This document shows positions 25,395-34,110 of a DNA stretch of 44,920 nt, piece by piece (position 1 is the stretch's first letter; every line of letters starts with the position of its first letter). The notes under the pieces were generated by a model that ran no database searches, was not told the DNA's origin, and saw only the letters and a program-made list of their open reading frames with translations. Made by a program: the position numbers and the translations under genes. This DNA comes from a virus (lineage: Duplodnaviria > Caudoviricetes), in the IMG/VR virus record IMGVR_UViG_3300016722_000142, positions 1-44,920 of that record. One strand, given 5' to 3'.

Positions 25395-25786
25395 CCGGAA
25401 CGAAAGTCCGCGTCGAATTCGACGACGCCGGGGTGATTTCCAATGTGAAGAAGGGCAGTCTGAAAGCCCTTCGCCGCGCCGGGGCGTATGTCCGCAAGTC
25501 GGCAAGAAACGCGGTTTCCCGTTCTTCGAAGGCTTCCAGTCCCGGAACGCCGCCGCACACCCGCCGAGGCTTGCTGAAACGCTCGATTCTCTTCGGCGTG
25601 GAAAAGAACCGCATGGCGGTGGTCATCGGCCCCGCGAAAAAGTTCATCGGAATCTCCATGACCGCCCATGAATTCGGCGGCATGTACCGCCGGCGCAAGT
25701 ATCCGAAGCGTCCGCTGATGGGGCCGGCGCTGGTGAAAACCGCTCCGGCGCTTCCCAAACTCTGGGCGGACTCTGTAAAACCGTAA
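25391..25786 (+). CDS. Putative tail completion/morphogenesis protein (HK97 gp10-like)
   Basis: Basic; SSPGTPPHTRRGLLKRSI, AHEFGG, PKRPLMGPAL. Confidence 0.72.
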   Translation: MTGTKVRVEFDDAGVISNVKKGSLKALRRAGAYVRKSARNAVSRSSKASSPGTPPHTRRGLLKRSILFGVEKNRMAVVIGPAKKFIGISMTAHEFGGMYRRRKYPKRPLMGPALVKTAPALPKLWADSVKP

Positions 25787-25805
25787 ACACAAGGAGTTTT
25801 CTCTT

Positions 25806-26216
25806 ATGGCTATCGTTCTCGGCCTTGACGCGAAGCTGCTTCGGGGAACCGCCGGCGCGACCGGCGCGACCGAAGTCAAAAACGTCAAAGACCTCAACCT
25901 CAACCTCGAATCCGGCGAAGCGGACGTGACCACCCGTGCGACGCAAGGCTGGAAAGCGTCCGTGGCGACGCTGAAAGAAGCATCGTTGGAGTTCGGCATC
26001 CTTTACGACACCGAGGACGCGGACTTCACCGCCTTCCGGGCGGCGTATTTCGGCAACACCCCGATTGCGCTGTTCGTGACGGACGGCAACGGCAGCGGAC
26101 TCGACGCCGACTGGTCGATCACGGGATTCAGCATGGAGCAGAATCTCGAAGAGGCGGTCACGGTGTCCGTCACCGCGAAGCCGACCGCTTCGACCCGCGC
26201 TCCGGCATGGACGTAA
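25806..26216 (+). CDS. Major tail tube protein
   Basis: VKDLNLNLE..EADVTTRA..GWK....LKEASLEF, ITGFS..QNLEEAVTVSVT; strong AAGGAG RBS. Confidence 0.85.
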   Translation: MAIVLGLDAKLLRGTAGATGATEVKNVKDLNLNLESGEADVTTRATQGWKASVATLKEASLEFGILYDTEDADFTAFRAAYFGNTPIALFVTDGNGSGLDADWSITGFSMEQNLEEAVTVSVTAKPTASTRAPAWT

Positions 26217-26229
26217 TGGTTTGTTTTGT

Positions 26230-26271
26230 TTCAATCCGTGACGATTTGTCATGGGTTGAATGGTCGTTTTT
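26230..26271 (+). terminator. Stem-loop (terminator/attenuator) after the tail tube gene
   Basis: TTCAATCCGTGAC-GATTT-GTCATGGGTTGAA, a 13-bp stem with two G-U pairs, followed by a T-rich tract. Confidence 0.55.
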
Positions 26272-26302
26272 CCAACTCTCTCAATATAAGGATATATGCC
26301 GC

Positions 26303-26794
26303 ATGAAAAGTTTTACCGACAACGCCGGGCGTTTGTGGACGCTTGCGGTGAACGTCGCCGCGATCAAGCGCGTCCGGGCGCTCTGCGACGTGGATTTGAA
26401 TTCCATCATCGAGCTGGACGCGAAGAACCAGCCGAGCGCCAAGCTGCTGGAGCGGCTCTCGACCGATCCGGTTCTTCTGGTGGACGTGCTCTACGCCGTC
26501 TGCAAGCCGGAGTGCGATTCCAGGAATGTGACGGACGGGGAGTTCGGGGCGGCGATGGCCGGGGACGCCATCGACCACGCGACTTCGGCGCTTCTGGACG
26601 AGATCATCGATTTTTTCCCCGAGGCGAAACGGCTGGCGTTCAAAAAGATTCTGTCGGCGACCAGACGTTTCGAGGAGATTGCCCGGAAGAAGATGAACGA
26701 CCTTCTGTCGGACGGCAAGTTCGAAGACCGTCTGGTGTCCGAGCTGGAACGGTTGACCGGCTTGTCTGCGAATGCGCCGGAATCTGCGGAGTGA
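26303..26794 (+). CDS. Tail assembly chaperone (gpG-like)
   Basis: Between tail tube and tape measure; contains in-phase slippery T TTT TTC (26611-26617, DFF). Confidence 0.8.
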   Translation: MKSFTDNAGRLWTLAVNVAAIKRVRALCDVDLNSIIELDAKNQPSAKLLERLSTDPVLLVDVLYAVCKPECDSRNVTDGEFGAAMAGDAIDHATSALLDEIIDFFPEAKRLAFKKILSATRRFEEIARKKMNDLLSDGKFEDRLVSELERLTGLSANAPESAE

Positions 26795-27057
26795 ATCCCG
26801 ACCCGTTCACCCTGCGCGAACTCGTGAACATGGCCGAGGGACGCGGGAAAATGGAATGGGGACAAACCTCCTGCCTCATGGCGCTGGTCGCCAACATCCT
26901 CCGCGATCCGAAGAAGAGCAAGCCCGTCAAACCGGCGGATTTCAACCCGTATTCACAAAAGGCGAAGCCGGTGATGAAAATCACCATGGCGCAGCTCAGG
27001 GGGATGCTTCCCGACCCGAAAAGGATGGTGATGACCGATGGCGGGTGCAAGCGGTAA
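26617..27057 (+). CDS. -1 frame extension of the tail assembly chaperone (gpGT-like C-terminus)
   Basis: -1 frame is open across the slippery site to 27057; GVNPDPFTLRELVNMAEG..KPADFNPY. Confidence 0.7.
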   Translation, partial: PRGETAGVQKDSVGDQTFRGDCPEEDERPSVGRQVRRPSGVRAGTVDRLVCECAGICGVNPDPFTLRELVNMAEGRGKMEWGQTSCLMALVANILRDPKKSKPVKPADFNPYSQKAKPVMKITMAQLRGMLPDPKRMVMTDGGCKR

Positions 27058-29485
27058 TGTGAAGGCCGGTCGGGCGTTTGTCGAAATCATGCTCGACCAG
27101 ACCAAGCTGGAGCGCGGCCTCAAGTCGGCCCAGGCGAAACTGAAGAATTTCGGCACGTCGCTCACCACGGCGGGAAAAGGCATGGTGACGGCTGCGGCCG
27201 TCGCGGCGGCTCCGTTCGCGTTCGCCACCAAGACGTTCTCGGACTTCGACGACCAGATGCGGATGGTCAAGGCGGTCACCGGCGCGACTGAAAAGGAATT
27301 CCAGCGGCTCACCGGGGTTGCGGAGAAGCTGGGACGCGAAACCTCGTTCACGGCCAAACAGGTCGCCGACGGCATGACGGCCATGGGGCGCATGGGGTTC
27401 AACGCCAAAGAGATCGAAGCCGCGATTCCCGCCGTCCTGAACCTCTCCCGCGCGACCGGAACAGAGCTTGGCGAAGCCGCCGAGACCGCCGCCAACAACA
27501 TGCGCGTATTCGGCATCGAGAGTTCCAAAATGGCGGACGTTTCCGACATCCTGACGGCGACCGCCAACGGTTCGGCGCAGACGCTGACCGACCTTGCCGA
27601 AGGCTTGAAGATGGCCGGTCCGCAGGCCGCCGCCGCGAAGGACAACATCGTCAACGTCTCCGCCGCGCTGGGCGTCCTCGCCAACATGGGCATCAAGGGC
27701 TCCCTCGCGGGAACGGCCCTGCGAAAATCCTATTCGCAGTTTGCCAAGACCGACATTCAGGACAAACTCAAAGCCATCGGCATCGCCACCGTCGATGCGA
27801 ACGGGAATCTGCGTTCCATGCCGGAGATCATGACCGACATCGGCAAGGCGATGGCGACGATGCCGACCGCCAAACGTCTCGGATTCGCGGAGGAGATTTT
27901 CGACTTGCGCGGCTCCCTCGCAGGGCTTCAGCTCGGCGGCAACATCCAACAGCTGGACGAATTCATCAAGAAATTGAAGAGCGTCAACGGCGTGGCGGCG
28001 CAGACCGCCAAGGAAATGGATTCAGGCATCGGCGGAGCGTTCCGCAGATTCATGTCCGCCGTCGAAGGGGTGCAGATCGCCATAGGCCGGATCATCAGCG
28101 ACGCCATCGCGCCCTATATGGACAAGATTTCGCAGATGCTCAACCGCATGGCGGAGTGGATCGCCAAGCACAAGGAAGTCGTGATCATGGCGGTGAAAGT
28201 CATCGCCGGAGTCGCGGCATTGGGTGCGGCGCTGGTTGTTGCCGGAGTGGCGTTCAAAACCATGGCGCTTGCGGTCGGCGGACTCTGCACAATCTTTTCG
28301 ATCCTGAAAGTGGTCGTGCTGGCTCCGATTGCGGCGGTCAAGGGACTCATGGCGGCGTTCGCGCTGCTCAAGACCGTCCTCATCGGCGTGAAGGTGGTGG
28401 CGCTCGCCACCTGGGCGGCGATTTCGTCTCCGGCGGTTCTGATCGGGGCGGCGTTGGCCGTGCTGGTCGCGGTGGTGTGGAAACTCACCGGGGCGTGGGA
28501 CATCTGCGCCGGCGCGGTCAAGGGACTGGCTTCCGATTTCGGCACGGCGTTCAAGGCCATCGGGGAAGTGGTCGGCAAGACATGGGAAACCATCAAAATC
28601 GCCCTCGCGTCCGGCGATCTCGCCGGGGCGGCGAAGGTGGGCCTCGCGGCGCTGAAGGTCGTCTGGCTGACCGGCCTTTTCCCCTTGGAAAAGGCGTGGC
28701 TCGAACTCAAGAACTTCTTCGCCGACTCGTGGACGGTCGCCGTCTATTCGATCCTGAAACTCGGCAACAACCTCTGGTACGGACTTCTCATGGGACTCAA
28801 GCAGATCGGCGACGCCATCGCCGACGCGTGGAGCTTCATCTGGGACGGCGTGATCGGTTCGTTCGAGTCGACCGTCGGCTACCTCAAGAAGAAGTGGATC
28901 GAGTTCAAAGGCTTCTTTGACTCCGATGTGGACGTGGACGCCGAAATCGCCCGGGTCGACGCTGAAATAGCGGAGAACAAACAGGCGCGGGAACAGCGTT
29001 CCGCCGACGAGGTGAACCGCCGCGCCGGGGAGCGCGAGGCGCTGGGCAAGGAATGGGACTCCTCCAATCAGGCCATCGACGACGCGATGAACCAGGAGAT
29101 CAACGAAAACCGGCAGAAATACAACGACGCCCTTTCCGGGGCGGCGGCGGAAATCGAGGCGGCGAAAGGCCAGTGGCAGTCGGCCATGGCCGAGGTGAAG
29201 AAACGCGCCGCCGAAAAAGCCGCCCAGGTCAAGGAGGCGAAAAAGAAGACCGAGGCCGCCGCCGAAGGCACGAAGGAGGCCGAGACCAGGGTCGGCGTCA
29301 CCGGCGACAAGGCGATGGGCAGCTGGAGCGCGGAGGAGCTGGGCGACATGCTCGGCGCGAACAACGCGCAGGAGCGCACGGCGAAAGCGACGGAGGAATC
29401 CGCGCGCCAACAGAAGGAAACCAACAAGCACCTGAAGAAGCTGGAGTCTTCCACGGCTTCCTCTTCAACGACATACGGAGACTGA
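27038..29485 (+). CDS. Tail tape measure protein (TP901-family core)
   Basis: AGRAFVEI, FDDQMRMVKAVTGAT, TSFTAKQVADGM..MGRMGF, LANMGIKGSLAGTALR; Ala-rich helical with a hydrophobic middle. Confidence 0.95.
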   Translation: MAGASGNVKAGRAFVEIMLDQTKLERGLKSAQAKLKNFGTSLTTAGKGMVTAAAVAAAPFAFATKTFSDFDDQMRMVKAVTGATEKEFQRLTGVAEKLGRETSFTAKQVADGMTAMGRMGFNAKEIEAAIPAVLNLSRATGTELGEAAETAANNMRVFGIESSKMADVSDILTATANGSAQTLTDLAEGLKMAGPQAAAAKDNIVNVSAALGVLANMGIKGSLAGTALRKSYSQFAKTDIQDKLKAIGIATVDANGNLRSMPEIMTDIGKAMATMPTAKRLGFAEEIFDLRGSLAGLQLGGNIQQLDEFIKKLKSVNGVAAQTAKEMDSGIGGAFRRFMSAVEGVQIAIGRIISDAIAPYMDKISQMLNRMAEWIAKHKEVVIMAVKVIAGVAALGAALVVAGVAFKTMALAVGGLCTIFSILKVVVLAPIAAVKGLMAAFALLKTVLIGVKVVALATWAAISSPAVLIGAALAVLVAVVWKLTGAWDICAGAVKGLASDFGTAFKAIGEVVGKTWETIKIALASGDLAGAAKVGLAALKVVWLTGLFPLEKAWLELKNFFADSWTVAVYSILKLGNNLWYGLLMGLKQIGDAIADAWSFIWDGVIGSFESTVGYLKKKWIEFKGFFDSDVDVDAEIARVDAEIAENKQAREQRSADEVNRRAGEREALGKEWDSSNQAIDDAMNQEINENRQKYNDALSGAAAEIEAAKGQWQSAMAEVKKRAAEKAAQVKEAKKKTEAAAEGTKEAETRVGVTGDKAMGSWSAEELGDMLGANNAQERTAKATEESARQQKETNKHLKKLESSTASSSTTYGD

Positions 29486-29486
29486 C

Positions 29487-30302
29487 ATGGCAAGAGTCGA
29501 ACAGAGTTACAGCGCCCACACCAAGGCGATGAACGCGAGGGGCGTTTTCACTTCGGCGGAAATCCCCTATGTGGTGTTCGAGGCGGCGGACGAGGACGCG
29601 GCGTTGACCGCGGTTCTCGCGGCGGCGCCGTCCTCCTATGGCGTCCTGCCGCTGGAATCGGTGGAGATCGATTCCCGTGAAAACGACGCCACCTACAAGG
29701 TGAACGCCATCTACAAGAAAGAGACGACATCAGGCGATGACGATGATGACGACGATCCCGAGGCCACGGTCAGTTTCGACTGCGGCGGCGGGTCGAAGCG
29801 CATGACGCACAGCCTGAAGCAGACCAGGGCGTTCGGCACGAAGGATGCCGGGGGCGCGATAGGCTGGAACGGCAAGTCCGGCTCGGAGATGGAGATCACC
29901 GGCGTGGACATCCCGACCGCCCAGCTCCGCGAAACCTACACCCGCGTCATGCGGCTCTCCCGCATCACCACCGGCTTCAAGCGGAACGTGGCGGGACTGG
30001 TGGGGAAAGTCAACTCCGGCGGTTTCAAGGGCTGGTCGGCGGGCGAAGTGATGTTTCTCGGCATGAGCTACAGTTCGCCGGCGAAAAGTTCCACGAAAGT
30101 CACCGTGACCTTCAACTTCGCGATCCAGCCGAACGAGTCGGGCGCGAACGTGGGCGGCAAGAGCGTCAGCAAAAAGGGGTTCGAATACGTCTGGGCGTTG
30201 AGCAAGACGAGCGCCGAGAGCGGTGTCCCGAAAGCAGAAGTCGAGGCCGTCTACGTCGACCAGGTCTGCGAGTACGCCAGCTTTTCCGCGCTGGGATTGT
30301 GA
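29487..30302 (+). CDS. Putative distal tail/hub protein
   Basis: Directly after the tape measure; VGKVNS..FKG..AGEVMF.G, KKGFEYVW; beta-rich. Confidence 0.55.
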   Translation: MARVEQSYSAHTKAMNARGVFTSAEIPYVVFEAADEDAALTAVLAAAPSSYGVLPLESVEIDSRENDATYKVNAIYKKETTSGDDDDDDDPEATVSFDCGGGSKRMTHSLKQTRAFGTKDAGGAIGWNGKSGSEMEITGVDIPTAQLRETYTRVMRLSRITTGFKRNVAGLVGKVNSGGFKGWSAGEVMFLGMSYSSPAKSSTKVTVTFNFAIQPNESGANVGGKSVSKKGFEYVWALSKTSAESGVPKAEVEAVYVDQVCEYASFSALGL

Positions 30303-30309
30303 GGTAAAC

Positions 30310-31104
30310 ATGGCTTTTTTCCCGGATGTTACCAAAGGTCAGAACTTCACGCCGAGCGCATTGCTTTCCAACAACGTCCGCCATATGGTGAATTCCCTCA
30401 ACGGTTTTCAGAACGGCGGACACGCCGCCGCCAATTCGGGCGTGGTCAGAATTCAGGTCTACAACGCGTCCTCCGGCGAAATCCCGGCGGGATGCGCGGT
30501 GAACTTCAAATCCGACGCCGCGCTCTGCGGCGACGCCGTTCCGGTCGAACCGCTGAAAGACGCCGCGAAGCCGTGGGGAGTCGTAGTACTGAAACTGGCG
30601 GCGAACCAGATGGGGGACTGCGTCATTTCCGGTCCGGCGACTGTAAACATATCCGGAACCGGGGATTACGCTTCTCCAAGCGCGTCAAGCCCATCGACCT
30701 TCATCCGCGGAGCATCCGGTTCTCCCGTGCTGTTCGCCGGCGGCGGGAGAGCCGTCGTCAACCTCGGAGCAAGCACACAGGACTTGTACGACGGGCCGTT
30801 CTCCCTCTCGTATGACGCGGAATCGAAGACGCTGAAGGTCGCCGCCGGTTACCTGAACCGCAACGGCGAATGGAAGAACGTTCCCGCCGCCGAACTCGCT
30901 CCCTCTACCGGAACGGTCTGCGTCTGTACCTCCCTCGACAGCGAGGGGAGCTGGTCGGAGCCGGAGGTGAAAATCGCCACGCCGGGACAGTATGCGTTCG
31001 CGGTCGGAAGCTGCAAAACTTCCGGCGAATCCGTGACTTTCTGTTCATTCCGGGTTCCGGTCGCGATCTTCATGGTCGCCGACCTCTGCTCAACCACGAA
31101 TTGA
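30310..31104 (+). CDS. Putative tail tip structural protein
   Basis: GAGGT RBS; tail module position; Gly/Ala/Ser-rich beta character. Confidence 0.5.
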   Translation: MAFFPDVTKGQNFTPSALLSNNVRHMVNSLNGFQNGGHAAANSGVVRIQVYNASSGEIPAGCAVNFKSDAALCGDAVPVEPLKDAAKPWGVVVLKLAANQMGDCVISGPATVNISGTGDYASPSASSPSTFIRGASGSPVLFAGGGRAVVNLGASTQDLYDGPFSLSYDAESKTLKVAAGYLNRNGEWKNVPAAELAPSTGTVCVCTSLDSEGSWSEPEVKIATPGQYAFAVGSCKTSGESVTFCSFRVPVAIFMVADLCSTTN

Positions 31105-31113
31105 GGAGGCGGC

Positions 31114-31533
31114 ATGGAATCGGGAAAACTCTGGAAAGACCGGGAGACGAAGAAACTCATCCGCAAAAAGAAGAACGGACGGCTCATCGCCTGCTGGGTC
31201 TGTCCCTGCTGCAAACCGCGCGTCATCGCAAGCAAGATCACCAACCGGAGCAACGGAACGCAGACGTGGAACCTGCGTCCGTACCAGGGCGACAAAGTAG
31301 GTCTGCCCGGACACCGCTGGCGCGTCCGGGACGTGGGAGAAGCGCACCACAACGATTCCGACGCCTCCTGCAGCGGAACCCTGTATTACAGCGGAACCAT
31401 CGACGGAAACGGCAAGCTGACCGGACTGCCCGACGAATTCGTCTCCGGCTATTCCTACAACGGCTACATGGAACTGCAACAGGGATGCGTCCGCGACGAT
31501 GGAACCATCGAATGGCCTTGCCCGAACGGATAA
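31114..31533 (+). CDS. Cysteine-rich hypothetical tail-region protein
   Basis: GAGGAGG RBS; CWVCPCC motif. Confidence 0.6.
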   Translation: MESGKLWKDRETKKLIRKKKNGRLIACWVCPCCKPRVIASKITNRSNGTQTWNLRPYQGDKVGLPGHRWRVRDVGEAHHNDSDASCSGTLYYSGTIDGNGKLTGLPDEFVSGYSYNGYMELQQGCVRDDGTIEWPCPNG

Positions 31534-31550
31534 TATCTTATGGAGAAAAC

Positions 31551-32288
31551 ATGTTCACTTTCAACGATTCACGATATACCCACATGCCGTTCGCCTGTCC
31601 CGATGAAAACGGCAACCCGAAGCAATTCTGCTGTATTCAGAACAACGGCTTGTGGAAACTGTATCACTTCACCGGGCAAAAATGGAAACGGCTGAAAACC
31701 GGGCTTCCGGCGGACGCGACCGAATGCGGTCCGACCGCTGAATTTGAGGACGGTGTCTGGAAGATTTCCTTTATCGCCGGAGGCTGGCAAGGGGATCGCC
31801 GATTCCGGCTCTACCGGATGTACGGAATCAACACCGAACCGATGGCGCAGCAGTTCGCCGATGTGGGATTTGTCCGCAAAGACCATGTGGTTTACGCCGG
31901 ACGGCGCGGACCGATTGTGATTGTCGAACCGGGGCGGACGGTTACTCTGGCGCTTCACGGCGTCGAATTCCTCTACCGCGTTTCCTACGATCCGTTCCAG
32001 CCGAACCGCTTGCTTATTTCGGGGCAATACGCAGACGGAAGTATTTTCTCGTTGGCGTATCAACCGGGCATGAAGATTCTGAAGAATGTCATCGCGGACG
32101 GCGTTCCCGCATATAAATGCGCGTTCTACGGCGGCGACTGTTATTACGCGAAACGCGAGGCGGAATTCGAGGAGCGCCGGATCGTCAAGGCGGAGGATAT
32201 TCGGCTGGTCGATTTGAACGCGGAACAGTTCATTTCCGAATCCGAGGAACCGGCCTGTTCGGCTCCCATCAACGCGGAGTTTGAATGA
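31551..32288 (+). CDS. Hypothetical protein (aromatic beta-rich, possibly propeller-like)
   Basis: GGAG RBS before ATG 31551; the upstream part of the 30870 ORF overlaps other genes and is not used. Confidence 0.6.
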   Translation: MFTFNDSRYTHMPFACPDENGNPKQFCCIQNNGLWKLYHFTGQKWKRLKTGLPADATECGPTAEFEDGVWKISFIAGGWQGDRRFRLYRMYGINTEPMAQQFADVGFVRKDHVVYAGRRGPIVIVEPGRTVTLALHGVEFLYRVSYDPFQPNRLLISGQYADGSIFSLAYQPGMKILKNVIADGVPAYKCAFYGGDCYYAKREAEFEERRIVKAEDIRLVDLNAEQFISESEEPACSAPINAEFE

Positions 32289-32653
32289 TGTCGTGCGCCT
32301 GCCATGGTAAATCGGGCGTGTCCGTCACCCGGACTTCGCCGTTCGACCAGTGTTCGACTTGCGCGAAAAAGCATATCGTCAAGGCATGGAACCTATTCAA
32401 CGAATTCACTTATACCGATGACAACCGGGATGTTATTTCCGGCCAGCTCCGACTTGCCGCCGACCACCTGATGTACGACCACCGGAACGCCGCCGTTATG
32501 GCTCGCGATCTTGCGATCATGATCGAGGAGAACCGGGACGCTGCGGTCACGACCGAATGGGACGACTTACTGGCGGCAGTCAGGGAGGCTTTCAACGCCG
32601 ATCATCCCGACGCCGTCGAGCACCTCGCGCAACTTCAAAACCAACAGGAATAA
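32285..32653 (+). CDS. Hypothetical protein with N-terminal Cys/His cluster
   Basis: SCACH...CSTC..H; ATGA overlap with the previous gene. Confidence 0.6.
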   Translation: MMSCACHGKSGVSVTRTSPFDQCSTCAKKHIVKAWNLFNEFTYTDDNRDVISGQLRLAADHLMYDHRNAAVMARDLAIMIEENRDAAVTTEWDDLLAAVREAFNADHPDAVEHLAQLQNQQE

Positions 32654-32656
32654 GCC

Positions 32657-34108
32657 ATGCAGAATACCACTTTTTATGTCGCGGCGAACGAGACGCTCGG
32701 CGTGGTCAAGGACTATGCCAACGCCAAGACCGTCACTCCGCCCACGCTGGTGCGCGGCGTCGCGGCCTGTCTCAAGATGCGGCTTTTCGCCAGCCGCGAC
32801 GGTACAGACGCCTATCCGGTGTCCGCGTTCGCCAACATCGTCTCCTGGCAATGGGCGATGGACAATGATTTCAACGAGTCCACCGCATACAAACTCGTCG
32901 GTGACAACGGTGACATCGCGGTCGCGTCCGTCACCGAAAGCATCGACGGAGAGGAAATCAGCTACACCGAAATCACGATTCCGATCTCCGGGATGAACAC
33001 GGCGGAGCTGGCGGCGTGGCTTGGAACCGAGAAAAGCAAGTCCGGCCTCGCCGGGGAGCTGGTCGGATTCGACGTCGACGGCGGCCAGATTTTTATCCTG
33101 CAGGTCGAGAACTTCACCGTGCGGAACAGGATCACCTCCATCGGGAATCCAACGCCGGTCGATCCCGACTACCTGACGGCGGCGCAGGTCAACGCGCTGA
33201 TCGCGGCTGGAATCGCCGTCCGGTATTCGGTCGACGGAGCGACACTGTGGCACGACGCCCAGACTGCCGCCGACCGGTTCATCCGTGTGCGTTCCGCCAA
33301 CAGCGTCGACGCGGTATGGAGCGAGGCCATCGGGCTGGTGGCCGGACCGCAAGGCAGTCCCGGCACGGATTCGTTCTGCTATGTCGCATACGCTTCGGAT
33401 TCGACAGGCACAAATTTTTCGCTCATGCCGACGAACGGACTGAAGTTCCGCGCGGAGATTCATTCCGATACCGAAATTCCGATTCCGATGGCAGAAGATT
33501 TTGCGGATGCCGTCTGGGTGAAATATATCGGCGACGATGGCACGGGCGTTGGCGATATGGTCAAGAGCGTCTATGACACCAACGATGACGGGAAAGTAAA
33601 CTCCGCCGACGAGGCCGACCACGCCGCCAACGCCGACGCGGTTCCATGGAACGGCGTGACCGGAAAGCCGGAGACGTTCGCTCCGGCGGCACACGAACAT
33701 ACGATGAGCGACATCTCCAACCCGGGATACCAGAAAGTGTACTCGGCGTCCAACCCGAAAACGCTGTATCTGGACAGCCCGGTTCTGCGGAACACCTCCT
33801 CCAATTCCAGCGGCACGATTGAGCTGGAATTCACCGCAATCCAGACGGAAAACGGCGGTTCGGCTTATTCCGTTCCCGACGGGATTCTGCTGACGTGGGA
33901 ATACCACGTACTTTGTTCGGCGCAAGTGACCGGCGTTTCGGTCGGGAGCGTCAACTGCTCCATGGTGGGCGTCAACATCCCGGAGACGCTGGAGTTGGTG
34001 AACGGCAACGCCACCTATCATGTGTTTGTGATTCGCGCCCTTTACAAATCCGGCGCGGTGAACAATGTCCGCTACCAAGCGAACTACGCCTATTCGTATG
34101 AGGCGTAA
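32657..34108 (+). CDS. Putative tail fibre/baseplate-anchored protein
   Basis: GPQGSPG collagen-like triplets, YVAYASDSTG..FS, GDMVKSVYDTNDDGKV, W.GVTGKP.TF.P.AHEHTMSDI fibre motifs. Confidence 0.75.
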   Translation: MQNTTFYVAANETLGVVKDYANAKTVTPPTLVRGVAACLKMRLFASRDGTDAYPVSAFANIVSWQWAMDNDFNESTAYKLVGDNGDIAVASVTESIDGEEISYTEITIPISGMNTAELAAWLGTEKSKSGLAGELVGFDVDGGQIFILQVENFTVRNRITSIGNPTPVDPDYLTAAQVNALIAAGIAVRYSVDGATLWHDAQTAADRFIRVRSANSVDAVWSEAIGLVAGPQGSPGTDSFCYVAYASDSTGTNFSLMPTNGLKFRAEIHSDTEIPIPMAEDFADAVWVKYIGDDGTGVGDMVKSVYDTNDDGKVNSADEADHAANADAVPWNGVTGKPETFAPAAHEHTMSDISNPGYQKVYSASNPKTLYLDSPVLRNTSSNSSGTIELEFTAIQTENGGSAYSVPDGILLTWEYHVLCSAQVTGVSVGSVNCSMVGVNIPETLELVNGNATYHVFVIRALYKSGAVNNVRYQANYAYSYEA

Positions 34109-34110
34109 CC

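Noticed and set aside
16358-34078. Many long antisense ORFs (e.g. 16358-18211, 20578-22002, 21947-24040, 28022-29431, 32567-34078)
   Set aside because: They mirror well-supported plus-strand genes, as expected from high GC3 codon bias
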